Shown: positions 8,792 through 17,777, numbered from the stretch's first letter. The stretch is DNA of 39,942 nucleotides from Fibrobacteria bacterium (GCA_037447435.1 JBBIGR010000044.1:1284-41225); one strand, 5' to 3'. The notes: generated by a model from the sequence alone, not told the origin. Translations and numbers: made by a program.

Positions 8792-9391
8792 ATGAAAAAT
8801 AAAAAAATGCTGATGCCAGCCGCAATTTATGTACGACGTTCATGTGCAAAATCCAATGATTCCTCCTGCGAGGATCAAAAAAACCATTGTTTAAAAAAAA
8901 TGGGAGAACTAGGGTTTTATCTTGCCCATGAACAGGATTTGTATGAGGATGATGTCGTCAGTGGAATACTTTTTTTTACTCGGAAACGGATGGCCCAAAT
9001 TTTGGATATACTAAAAACGCCACGGCCGTTAGATCCGCGACCATACGAGGCTATTTTTGTCGATGATATCTCTCGAATTGCTAGGAACATTGCATTCTGT
9101 GCATTATTTGGCCAAGCCCTCCGTTTCCATAAAATCAAGTTGTTTGACGCTCTGGGGCACGAATACACTTCCTTAGAGGGTTATTGCATGCTACTAATAA
9201 TGGCTCTAGGGGCAGAAATAACTAGAACATTTTTATCATCACAAACATCGCGCGGAATCCATGCGGCAGCTCAAAGAATGGCATTATCAAAAAAGGCGTA
9301 TGGATTTAAACCTGCAAACAATTTTTTGCTGTCTGAAATTAAAAATGCTGTTTTGAACAATATTAATGTAGAGGAGGCTATGAATGAATAA
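8792..9391 (+). CDS. Serine recombinase catalytic (resolvase N-terminal) domain; first half of a split large serine recombinase
   Basis: AAIYVRRS (catalytic Ser), S.EDQ, YEDDVVSG, IFVDDISRIARN, alpha-E helix and YGF motif. Confidence 0.88.
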   Translation: MKNKKMLMPAAIYVRRSCAKSNDSSCEDQKNHCLKKMGELGFYLAHEQDLYEDDVVSGILFFTRKRMAQILDILKTPRPLDPRPYEAIFVDDISRIARNIAFCALFGQALRFHKIKLFDALGHEYTSLEGYCMLLIMALGAEITRTFLSSQTSRGIHAAAQRMALSKKAYGFKPANNFLLSEIKNAVLNNINVEEAMNE

Positions 9392-10775
9392 CGGACATTT
9401 ACCTCAAATAAAGGTTCAAAATGAAATTACCATTATTGATGAAATTTTTCGTAAAATAAAAATCAAACATTCTTGCAATGCTATAGCCAAAGATTTAAAC
9501 GGTAGAAAAATCCCCTCGCCATTAGGGGGTAGATGGACATCTACAGCTATTAGGCGAATTGCAGAAAACCCACTATATGCAGGTGTTGTCGTAATTGGTA
9601 AAACTAAACGTGATTTTAATCCATTAACTGAAACGCATTTTGATATCCCGATTCCTCCAGAAAAGTGGTCGTTTTTTGAGGACCCAATTTTAAATCCATA
9701 CACGGTAATTAGCCCACAGGAATGGATAAAAATTCAGGTTTATTTAACAAAAATTAAAATAAAATCTTCTAGTAAAGGTCGTCCTTTAGGCGAGTTTGGG
9801 CCATCAATTCTTTCCGGACTTTTATACTGTGGATACTGCGGGGCACCGCTAGTAAGTGGTCGAGGAAAAAGGCCTCGAATATTTCGTTGCTCACACCGTA
9901 GGCTGAAAAAAGGAAACCCGAGGCGATGCTCGCATTCGTTCTCAATTCGGGAAGATGAGTTTTTAAAAATCCTTGAGCAAATCATTAAGAATGTAATTGA
10001 AACTATTTATCACGATTGTATCAGAATCCTGAATGACGAGTTTAAAATGGCTGGAGATGATATTCGAAAAGCTCTTTTAAAAAAGGAGGATGAGTATCGC
10101 GATTTGGTAAACCGCGAACAAACATTAATTGAATTTTATGAAGAGGCTAAAATCCGTGGTTTTACAGATACATTCGAGGATTATTTCAGACAGTCGGTGG
10201 TAATTCGCAAAAATATAATATCCTTACAGCAGGAAATCAAAACGTACAGAGATGCCAACACGATTGCCATCGATCCAATTGAAATAGACAAAAATCTTTT
10301 TATTGAAAAGCTTAACAATCTTGAGCTCTTTTTTGAGGAGTATTCAGATATTCAAAATCTTCGCACTGCAATTAAAAGTTTTATTCCCAAGATTTTTATA
10401 AAATCTACGAAAGTTGAAAAAAAATATTTAAACCTCACATTTTGGATTGACGAAATCCCAGCTGGATTACCTGATTTTTTAAACAAAGAACATTCCTGCA
10501 TCATTCAACGTACAAAATCAAAGAATAATGTTAGAAAAGCAATCGAAGAAATAAAGGATTTTAGTGTAGATAAAAGAAATAATTTTTTTCAGTATCTGTA
10601 TGATAATTTGTCAGACTCGTACGTGTCTGACAAATTATCATACAGGTTTAAATCCATAATTCCTCGCTATTGGAATGTAATATTTCCCGTAGGTCCTAGA
10701 AACATCACTGATCAATTTTACTATTCAACACCGTTCGCAGTTCAACTTTTTGGGTTTGAAACCGACCTCAATTAG
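9384..10775 (+). CDS. Large serine recombinase C-terminal part (recombinase domain, zinc ribbon, coiled coil)
   Basis: IAKDLNGRKIPSPLGGRWTSTAIRRIAENPLYAG, VISPQEW, LSGLLYCGYCGAPL...FRC...C and a coiled coil; has its own SD gaggagg at 9371-9377. Confidence 0.88.
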   Translation: MNNGHLPQIKVQNEITIIDEIFRKIKIKHSCNAIAKDLNGRKIPSPLGGRWTSTAIRRIAENPLYAGVVVIGKTKRDFNPLTETHFDIPIPPEKWSFFEDPILNPYTVISPQEWIKIQVYLTKIKIKSSSKGRPLGEFGPSILSGLLYCGYCGAPLVSGRGKRPRIFRCSHRRLKKGNPRRCSHSFSIREDEFLKILEQIIKNVIETIYHDCIRILNDEFKMAGDDIRKALLKKEDEYRDLVNREQTLIEFYEEAKIRGFTDTFEDYFRQSVVIRKNIISLQQEIKTYRDANTIAIDPIEIDKNLFIEKLNNLELFFEEYSDIQNLRTAIKSFIPKIFIKSTKVEKKYLNLTFWIDEIPAGLPDFLNKEHSCIIQRTKSKNNVRKAIEEIKDFSVDKRNNFFQYLYDNLSDSYVSDKLSYRFKSIIPRYWNVIFPVGPRNITDQFYYSTPFAVQLFGFETDLN

Positions 10776-10802
10776 TAAAACATTCAAATAAAAGGATTTT
10801 TT

Positions 10803-11381
10803 ATGAAACTTGCTAACATTTTGGATATGGAAAAATTGATTACGGGTTATGAATCAGAAATAACCCAAGTTCAAACAATTATTGTAGAAATTAAAGAAAA
10901 ATTTAAAACTCTAATTGAAAAAACGTCTAACTTCTCAATTGAAGAAAAAAATCTCTCATCTAATATTGTAGAAAATCAAAGGAATGAAATAATTAATAAT
11001 TTCATAGGAGAAATTTTAAATCAAAGAAATGATATATACAAATTTAATGTTGGTTTTTCTAAACCACTTAAAACGAGTTCAATTAACCCAGTAAATATTG
11101 CAATTGGTCAAAACAACACTATAAAACAAAGCCACCTTGATTATGATGATGTTGGTAGAAAACGATTCAATTGGAAAAAATTAATACCAGGAGTATTGCA
11201 AAAAAATGGCAATCTATCCACGCGACAACTTATCGATTTATTTGTTCAGGAAGGCATTATCAATCGAGATGATAAAAAACAAGAAGCTTGTGTTAGGTCA
11301 GGTATAAAATCTCTCGAATCCTGCGGAATAATTAGGCAGGTTGAAAAATGTTATGGAGGACTCTGGACCTTCGTTGTCTAA
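10803..11381 (+). CDS. Hypothetical protein with N-terminal coiled coil and C-terminal winged-helix-like domain
   Basis: WKKLIPGVLQKNGNLSTRQLIDLF...VRSGIKSLESCGIIRQV....GLWTF resembles a wHTH pattern. Confidence 0.6.
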   Translation: MKLANILDMEKLITGYESEITQVQTIIVEIKEKFKTLIEKTSNFSIEEKNLSSNIVENQRNEIINNFIGEILNQRNDIYKFNVGFSKPLKTSSINPVNIAIGQNNTIKQSHLDYDDVGRKRFNWKKLIPGVLQKNGNLSTRQLIDLFVQEGIINRDDKKQEACVRSGIKSLESCGIIRQVEKCYGGLWTFVV

Positions 11382-11627
11382 ATTCATGCTCTATACAGCA
11401 TTGTTTAGGTTCAGCATGAACCTTTGGGTTTAACAGGCTGTTCGCGGTTCAAGTCAGATTTTTTAAAATCAAATTAAGAAGACAAATTGAATTGTTAAAT
11501 ATTTCTTGTATCTTGATTATTATCATTTAGTTATACAATATTAAAAGAAAATTCAAAAATAAGTTTATTATTTATAATAAAATTTGTACTATAAATGTCC
11601 AATAAATTTTACAAAAATCTAACGGTG

Positions 11628-11668
11628 CCGATTTTTGCCTTAAATGCATCATCGTGATTCCGGCGTTC
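11628..11668. repeat. 41-bp direct repeat, copy 2 (IS3 orfA-derived; candidate att site)
   Basis: ccgatttttgccttaaatgcatcatcgtgattccggcgttc; the minus strand reads ERRNHDDAFKAKIG. Confidence 0.85.
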
Positions 11669-11689
11669 CAAAAGGATAAATTTGACACT

Positions 11690-11738
11690 TAAAACGGACA
11701 CGAGATTTATTCACCTATCCTGCGTCCGTTTTATTTTC
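11690..11738. terminator. Hairpin between convergent transcription units, likely terminator
   Basis: Imperfect inverted repeat taaaacggacacgagat...atcctgcgtccgtttta followed by a T-run. Confidence 0.55.
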
Positions 11739-11754
11739 AGATCTTAATAAACCC

Positions 11755-13758
11755 TTAAAAAAATGTCGATAAATCCCAGGCCTCCCCACCCGAGGCTACT
11801 CCGCTAACATTCAGATTTCCTAAGCCGTTAAACGACGGATTTATGTCAACCGTCATTTCACCTCCGTCAAAATATTTTGAAAGATCCTCACGGACTTCTT
11901 TGCGCCCATCTCCCGTCTCAATGACCATTCCTTGCCCTTCATTTGGAATTTCAAAGTTTAATTGATTTTCTCTTAATACAGGCTTAACATCAATTTCTAA
12001 ACTTGAATCCTCAAAATATGATAAAATATCAGTCGCTTCGCGAGATCCTTTTATATCACTAATTGGAATGTCACAAAAAAACAACCCATGTTTTTTACAT
12101 CCGATAGTATCACAATCTTTACAGTTATAACATTTTTTTGCTTTAATCATTATTGCACCTGAGCAAAAAACATATTTGTTTTCGGCCATGCAATTATCAA
12201 TGGACGATGCATGAATGGATTTTAAACTTTGCACCGCCTCTTGCAGGACATTTTCAGCATCGTTTATGGTGCAAGCTAATGATCTCTTAACCTGAGAAAT
12301 TGTTGCTCCAGCCGTTAATTGTTCCCTACTCCACTCAACGGCATTTTCGCGAAGAGCAAAATTGGCAGTGGAAAGAACAATGGCATTTTGCTCAACTGGA
12401 GCAGCTTCGCACAAGGATTTAGAATCACTTTTCGTGTCAATATATGCTAATCGAACCGCCTCTGTTAAACGCTTTTGTGGAATTGTAATTTTGTTCAATT
12501 CCTTAACTTGGCTACTTGACAATTTTCCTTTTACTTGAAGTTCGGTAATTGCCTTATCAACGTCTTTCATTTCCACGCCATTCTCCATAATCTTAGCACC
12601 AATCAAACTGCAGGTTTTCAAGGCATTTTCTCTCCAATGACAATCGGCGCACGCCGTTATTGGAAACACTGTTACCACTTTTAAAGTGTTTTTTCGAAGA
12701 AAGTCTCGACACATTTCGCAATTTCCATTGTAAAACGAAGGGAAGGCTGCTAAATGAGTAACCAAGAGTGCAGGGTCTGCATTCTTTTTTATATACGCTA
12801 TTGCGTCTTGAACTAATTTTTTTTCAGGGAATAATCTATTAACTTCTTGACGAGCAATGGCCCAACCCGTACCTTTTAATAACAATTCCCCAAGATGCCT
12901 AGCAATTGGCAAAATCTTTCTATCAGCAATTTCCTGCTGCATATCCTCACTTTGTTTTTTATTTTTCATAACAGTATTTTTAAGTGCGACTTCAATTCTT
13001 TGCTTATCAATCGATTCTGCCTTATGTTTTATCACAGGCACAGAATGAGGATATTCCCTACTTTCTCTTTCTTTTGCTTTATCTGACATTGCATCACGGA
13101 GATCAGACCAGTTATTAATCGTTGAGTTAGATAATATTTTTCCACGTTCTTTAAGATGTTTAACTGCCTCTTTTAATTCCGTTTTAGTCGTAGGCACATT
13201 CGCCAGTAGTTTTTTTCCAGTTTCAGGACAAAATCCGTACTTTTGCTTACATAGTTCGCATTCACTATTCGAAACAATCCAAAGTACGTGCCGTGCGGCA
13301 GATTTTTCAGCAGCCTTTCTGACTTCAGAACATTTACAAACTGCATTTCTGTCTAAATACAATTCGCCATGAAATGGCCTATCGGCAAGAAGAATCGAAG
13401 CTTCTGTTTGTGTTAAAAAATTCTTTTCGACGGAATTTTCTAAATGTTGTTTTGCTTTAGCAACCGGCTCATTCATGATATTATTCCAATTGGCGATTCG
13501 AATTGCCTCAATTTTTTGGTCATTCTTGTCGACCGCTTTTTCAGATGCCCTGATACCGTGCAAAAATTCATTGTTTGGTATTAACCCTGTTTTACCGATT
13601 TTTCCGTCTGGCATTGCTTCTAAAAATTTATCGAGATCCAGAGTATCATGTCCAACGGATTCTACATAAAAATTCAAATGTTTTTGATCGGAACCAAAAA
13701 GATCATTCGGTAAACTGCCCAGCCCGCCTCCTAACCCACCTCCAAAATCATTATCCAT
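11755..13758 (-). CDS. Large Cys-rich hypothetical protein with three repeated putative metal-binding modules
   Basis: 667-aa ORF, SD aaagga. Three C...CxxC...C-x3-G modules: CELC...CPETG, CADC...CSLIG and CYNC...CKKHG. Confidence 0.8.
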   Translation of the reverse strand: MDNDFGGGLGGGLGSLPNDLFGSDQKHLNFYVESVGHDTLDLDKFLEAMPDGKIGKTGLIPNNEFLHGIRASEKAVDKNDQKIEAIRIANWNNIMNEPVAKAKQHLENSVEKNFLTQTEASILLADRPFHGELYLDRNAVCKCSEVRKAAEKSAARHVLWIVSNSECELCKQKYGFCPETGKKLLANVPTTKTELKEAVKHLKERGKILSNSTINNWSDLRDAMSDKAKERESREYPHSVPVIKHKAESIDKQRIEVALKNTVMKNKKQSEDMQQEIADRKILPIARHLGELLLKGTGWAIARQEVNRLFPEKKLVQDAIAYIKKNADPALLVTHLAAFPSFYNGNCEMCRDFLRKNTLKVVTVFPITACADCHWRENALKTCSLIGAKIMENGVEMKDVDKAITELQVKGKLSSSQVKELNKITIPQKRLTEAVRLAYIDTKSDSKSLCEAAPVEQNAIVLSTANFALRENAVEWSREQLTAGATISQVKRSLACTINDAENVLQEAVQSLKSIHASSIDNCMAENKYVFCSGAIMIKAKKCYNCKDCDTIGCKKHGLFFCDIPISDIKGSREATDILSYFEDSSLEIDVKPVLRENQLNFEIPNEGQGMVIETGDGRKEVREDLSKYFDGGEMTVDINPSFNGLGNLNVSGVASGGEAWDLSTFF

Positions 13759-13990
13759 ATTTTTTTCCTTTTAAATAAAGTTGAAAAAGCTTATTCAACC
13801 TTATAAAAATATTAATAGATAATTTTATAATTTGTAATAAAGGAAATCAAATAGAAATACGGACTGAAATTAAAATCAGTGGTATATTACTTGTCAAAGT
13901 GTGTTTTAAGTGGGGGAAATAATATTTTTACTGAAAGTATAAATACATTTTTTTTATTGTGCAGGTGCTGGTTTAAGCTATAATAAAACA

Positions 13991-14025
13991 AAATCCACCT
14001 AAGACGCCCTGTTTTAGGTGGATTT
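13991..14025 (-). terminator. Rho-independent terminator of the LamG gene
   Basis: aaatccacctaagac-gccct-gttttaggtggattt stem, followed on the minus strand by a T-rich run. Confidence 0.75.
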
Positions 14026-14061
14026 CAAAATGAAAAGGCTATACGATCTATTAAACTTTTA

Positions 14062-15732
14062 CTATTTCAACATGATAAGTTGCTCCGAAATCTGTTGCCC
14101 ATTAGCATGATGAACAATGAAAAAATATTTTCCGTTCGCAACGGACTCACCCGACAAATTTGATCCATCCCATGTATAGTTATATGAACCCGATTGCTTA
14201 ATACCACTAAAAACTTTTTTAGTAAGCTTTCCATTTACATCATAAATTGAAATATCCAGTGATTCAGTAAAAGGAATCGAATACCTTATTGTTGTTGTGG
14301 TTCGTATAGGATTAGGAAATGATTTTGTACTAATAACCGAGTGAGGAAATAAAAGGGATTTATTGACAACCTTGGTTATGCCTGGATTGCAAAAAGCGGC
14401 TATGTCAGCGGACGTCCTTTGGAATTTTGATATACGTATATTGTCCATAAGACCATTATATGGATATGGAAAGTTAGGATCACCGTTCATTTTTCCTAAT
14501 TGGCATTTGTAAGTACTAGAGCTAAGGATCGTAGCAGCAGTTTTTGTACTATCGAGGATACCATTTATATAAATAGACGCTGTCCCACCTATTTTATACG
14601 TCGCAGCAACATAATAACTTTGATTCGCCACCAATATAGTTTTAGAATTAATAGAAAAACTTTGAGATTGAACTGAGCTTTTTTTCTCAAATTTAACTTG
14701 CCCATTATTAATAACCATTAAAATTGAGCCATCACCTGGAAAGGAAGCGTTTCCATTATCATTACCTTTACTAAATAGATATTGATACGAAATGGTTGTC
14801 GGCTTAACCCACATTTCTATTGTCATCTCAGGAAAATCAAAAGATTGGCTATTTGCTATTTCCACATATGACTGGTTGGCACTTTGAAAATTTACAGCTT
14901 TACCAGAAACTCCATTAGTCCAAGTTCCATTGTATATAGTACCATTATTATTTTTTCCGCTCGAATCCTGAAGAATATTCCCCGTACCTTCATTGCATCG
15001 GTATAGCACGATAGGATTTGTATCTGGATTGCAAAAGGCAGCGATGTCAGCAGAAGTCCTTTGAATTTTTGATATACGTATATTGTCCATAAGACCATTA
15101 TATGGATATGGAAAGTTAGGATCACCGTTCATTTTTCCTAATTGGCATTTGTAAGTACTAGAGCTAAGGATCGTAGCAGCAGTTTTTGTACTATCGAGGA
15201 TACCATTTATATAAATAGACGCTGTCCCACCTATTTTATACGTCGCAGCAACATAATAACTTTGATTCGCCACCAATATAGTTTTAGAATTAATAGAAAA
15301 ACTTTGAGATTGAACTGAGCTTTTTTTCTCAAATTTAACTTGCCCATTATTAATAACCATTAAAATTGAGCCATCACCTGGAAAGGAAGCGTTTCCATTA
15401 TCATTACCTTTACTAAATAGATATTGATACGAAATGGTTGTCGGCTTAACCCACATTTCTATTGTCATCTCAGGAAAATCAAAAGATTGGCTATTTGCTA
15501 TTTCCACATATGACTGGTTGGCACTTTGAAAATTTACAGCTTTACCAGAAACTCCATTAGTCCAAGTTCCATTGTATATAGTACCATTATTGTTTTTTCC
15601 GCTAGAATCCTGAAGAATATTCCCCGTACCTTCATTGCATCCGTATAACGCAACGACATTCGAATCCGTTTGTGCTGGTGTCAATGTAAACACCGCTAAA
15701 CTAAAGATAAAAATCACAACGGTTCTACGCAT
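14062..15732 (-). CDS. Secreted protein with two tandem LamG/ConA-like domains and a FlgD-Ig/T9SS-type C-terminal domain
   Basis: Start MRRTVV at 15732 (SD aaaggaga) with a signal peptide. LamG motifs TIEMWVKP, YINGILD and YNGLMDNIRIS each occur twice. C-terminus FPNP...IRY...ISIYDVNGK...WDG...ANGKYF. Confidence 0.9.
   Translation of the reverse strand: MRRTVVIFIFSLAVFTLTPAQTDSNVVALYGCNEGTGNILQDSSGKNNNGTIYNGTWTNGVSGKAVNFQSANQSYVEIANSQSFDFPEMTIEMWVKPTTISYQYLFSKGNDNGNASFPGDGSILMVINNGQVKFEKKSSVQSQSFSINSKTILVANQSYYVAATYKIGGTASIYINGILDSTKTAATILSSSTYKCQLGKMNGDPNFPYPYNGLMDNIRISKIQRTSADIAAFCNPDTNPIVLYRCNEGTGNILQDSSGKNNNGTIYNGTWTNGVSGKAVNFQSANQSYVEIANSQSFDFPEMTIEMWVKPTTISYQYLFSKGNDNGNASFPGDGSILMVINNGQVKFEKKSSVQSQSFSINSKTILVANQSYYVAATYKIGGTASIYINGILDSTKTAATILSSSTYKCQLGKMNGDPNFPYPYNGLMDNIRISKFQRTSADIAAFCNPGITKVVNKSLLFPHSVISTKSFPNPIRTTTTIRYSIPFTESLDISIYDVNGKLTKKVFSGIKQSGSYNYTWDGSNLSGESVANGKYFFIVHHANGQQISEQLIMLK
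14382..15646. repeat. Tandem 642-bp intragenic duplication
   Basis: Offset 642 bp (14382 vs 15024). 14425-14949 appears identical to 15067-15591, and differences are confined to the ends. Confidence 0.95.
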
Positions 15733-15793
15733 ACTTTCTCCTTTGAAAATGTGATGCATTCAAAATAATGTCGACGGTTTTTTTGAAATAAAC

Positions 15794-16105
15794 TCATTTC
15801 ATATTTACTCGCTTGTATAGTGATGTTTTTTGTTTGATCCGTTGCATTTTATCTGAATTTCCAATGGCTGAAAATTCTTTCTCACTGTTTGCATTTTGAT
15901 CTTGCTTTAAAAAATCGTTAATTCTTTTGGCTAACTTTTTTTCTCCGATATTTTCCGTAACTTTTAAAAGTGCCTGAAGTAACGATAAAACCATGTCGCT
16001 TCGAGAAATTCGTTTTCCCACACTACCAATCAATTGTTTTTTCAACTCATCTATGAGTGAAACTTCAAGATTATCAATTGTGAGAACTTTTTGCCTTTGT
16101 TTCAT
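15794..16105 (-). CDS. RHH-like hypothetical DNA-binding protein
   Basis: QKVLTI-DNLEVSLIDELKKQL...ISRSDMVLSLLQAL pattern; SD aagga. Confidence 0.55.
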   Translation of the reverse strand: MKQRQKVLTIDNLEVSLIDELKKQLIGSVGKRISRSDMVLSLLQALLKVTENIGEKKLAKRINDFLKQDQNANSEKEFSAIGNSDKMQRIKQKTSLYKRVNMK

Positions 16106-16148
16106 CTTTCAATTTCCTTAATTACGGAAAATGTAAATTTTAAAAAAA

Positions 16149-16400
16149 TTATTTCTTTGGTTTGATAGCCTTTATTAACTGTTCAAGCAAATCTTTTTCA
16201 TCTTGAATTCCCTTACAATCAATTTCCATAAGTTTGATATATTCAAGTGCTGCACGTATAATTTCGGTTCTTCCTAGACTGCTTCCTCCTAAATCCCTAA
16301 TTCGTTCCCTTAATGAATCCAAAAACGTTTCAAGGTCCGGTGGTAAGGTGATGGTCACCTTCCGGTATTTTCCTTTATTAAAGCCTTTGCTCTTGTTCAC
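16149..16400 (-). CDS. CopG/RHH-family DNA-binding protein
   Basis: RKVTITLPPDLETFLDSL...LGRTEIIRAALEY is a typical RHH signature. Confidence 0.75.
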   Translation of the reverse strand: MNKSKGFNKGKYRKVTITLPPDLETFLDSLRERIRDLGGSSLGRTEIIRAALEYIKLMEIDCKGIQDEKDLLEQLIKAIKPKK

Positions 16401-16573
16401 ATTGATACCTTGAAATAAAAGTTCTTTTTCCTTAATTAAGGAATTAATTCAATTATAAAATACGTGATTGGATTTATGCAATAACAAAAGTATCCTCTTT
16501 CAATAATATTTTTTTAAAAATTTCCATACCATTACTTGATTTTTTTAAAGATTTTCCTTCACAGTCTCAATGG

Positions 16574-16885
16574 TTGTCGTTCTACGGTTATTCTATGATG
16601 TATTCAATAATGAACTTAGAATTAAACATGATAATGTCAATGTGGTCGGATAAGGTAAAATCCGAGGATATTACACATACGGCAATAAATGCAAGAAACT
16701 GCCTCATGATTAACTATTGCCAGGACTGCAAAACAGTCGAAATATATTCAAGGGGGTTTATCGGAAACAAATCTGACGATCCATATTTTGTGGGTGCAAT
16801 GAAATGTTTTCTTCCGAATTCTTTTACGAACAAGGTCGAAAACATTATAAATGGCCGGGACCTTTTCAATGAGAAAACCCTTTAG
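16574..16885 (+). CDS. Hypothetical protein (start uncertain)
   Basis: Open frame in AT-rich DNA with a CQDC motif; no family recognised. Confidence 0.35.
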   Translation: MSFYGYSMMYSIMNLELNMIMSMWSDKVKSEDITHTAINARNCLMINYCQDCKTVEIYSRGFIGNKSDDPYFVGAMKCFLPNSFTNKVENIINGRDLFNEKTL

Positions 16886-17102
16886 AATATACCGTAGTAA
16901 TTTTTTTGAATTCCGGAAAGGCGCGGGAATTCGGAGTTTGTCAGGTTTTCTATCTGCCGTAAATAATTGTCTAACTTCATAAAGGTTTAATAATTCTGTT
17001 GATACTTGGATCTTCCGCCTTTTTTTATCATTTATGTCGCTATTTTCATCGTAGGCTCACTTGCCTCTATCTGTTGAGTTGCTCTGGTTGAATCCTCCTT
17101 CA

Positions 17103-17350
17103 TCAACTCAAGGTTGTTATCACGCCTGTCAATTCAGATGTCCTCAAAGGCATCAGAAGCGCTAGGCAGTCTTCCCCCTGAAACACGACAGCATTAATCA
17201 TGAGATCCCCTACGGTCACGGACACGCTCCGATCAAAAATGAACCGCACACTGTCGGCATGAGTTCCGCATTGAGTCCGATAACCTGCTCTGTTTTCAAG
17301 TTGAATGTTCGAACGTGAAAAATGCTATGCGGGATTTTTCTGCCCTCAAC
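17103..17350 (-). pseudogene. Frameshifted fragment resembling the C-terminal domain of a beta sliding clamp (DnaN-like)
   Basis: Restoring one base near 17259 gives EQVIGLNAELMADSVRFIFDRSVSVTVGDLMINAVVFQGEDCLALLMPLRT, similar to the DnaN-type IGFN...LMP(M/V)R ending. No start codon is present. Confidence 0.45.
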
Positions 17351-17633
17351 TATTCAGGTGGTCGATGGTTTCCGATGCTTCAGCACCTGTTAAAGATGAG
17401 AACTCGACCTTCTCAAAATGCGAAGGCAGGCATTTTATTTCCACATCAGAAAGCCATATTTTCTTGGCAATTTGTAAAATGTAACGGATCTGTTTCGGGG
17501 ATGAGAGTGGAAGTGTTGGCAGTTGCGGGGCTGAGCTGTGGGAGGAGTCGATGGAAATGCTGTGCTGAGTGGAGTTATAATTATCGGACGTTTTCTCGGG
17601 AAAACCAGTTTGGATTTTTACGTTTTGCGGCAT
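17346..17633 (-). CDS. Mobile-element-type hypothetical protein
   Basis: SD aggag. The C-terminal SPKQIRYILQIAK...LTGAEASETIDHL motif resembles ones I associate with phage/island small proteins. Confidence 0.6.
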   Translation of the reverse strand: MPQNVKIQTGFPEKTSDNYNSTQHSISIDSSHSSAPQLPTLPLSSPKQIRYILQIAKKIWLSDVEIKCLPSHFEKVEFSSLTGAEASETIDHLNS

Positions 17634-17755
17634 AAAGTCTCCTGTAATAATAAAAAGTGGAAAATAATATGCTAATTCTAATATGGCTCTTAATAGTTAT
17701 TGCAGGAAATCAAGGGAAATACCGTGATGTTTCATAATGGTCGGCAAATCTCGAT

Positions 17756-17777
17756 AAAAGTCACGCAAAAGTCACGC
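17756..17777. repeat. Tandem 11-bp direct repeat (aaaagtcacgc x2), candidate integrase arm-type binding sites
   Basis: Perfect tandem copies 54 bp upstream of the tRNA fragment. Confidence 0.65.

Larger units (their letters stand above)
4401..11668. mobile_element. Candidate nested integrative element carrying a split large serine recombinase
   Basis: Flanked by 41-bp direct repeats; contains a serine recombinase, a divergent RHH regulator and a tightly packed operon. Confidence 0.5.

Noticed and set aside
14382..15646. Diversity-generating retroelement TR/VR pair
   Set aside because: Differences are mostly synonymous and not adenine-specific, both copies are in frame in one gene, and there is no reverse transcriptase in the window.
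17315..17635. 106-aa plus-strand ORF
   Set aside because: Antisense shadow of the SD-supported minus-strand ORF 17346-17633.
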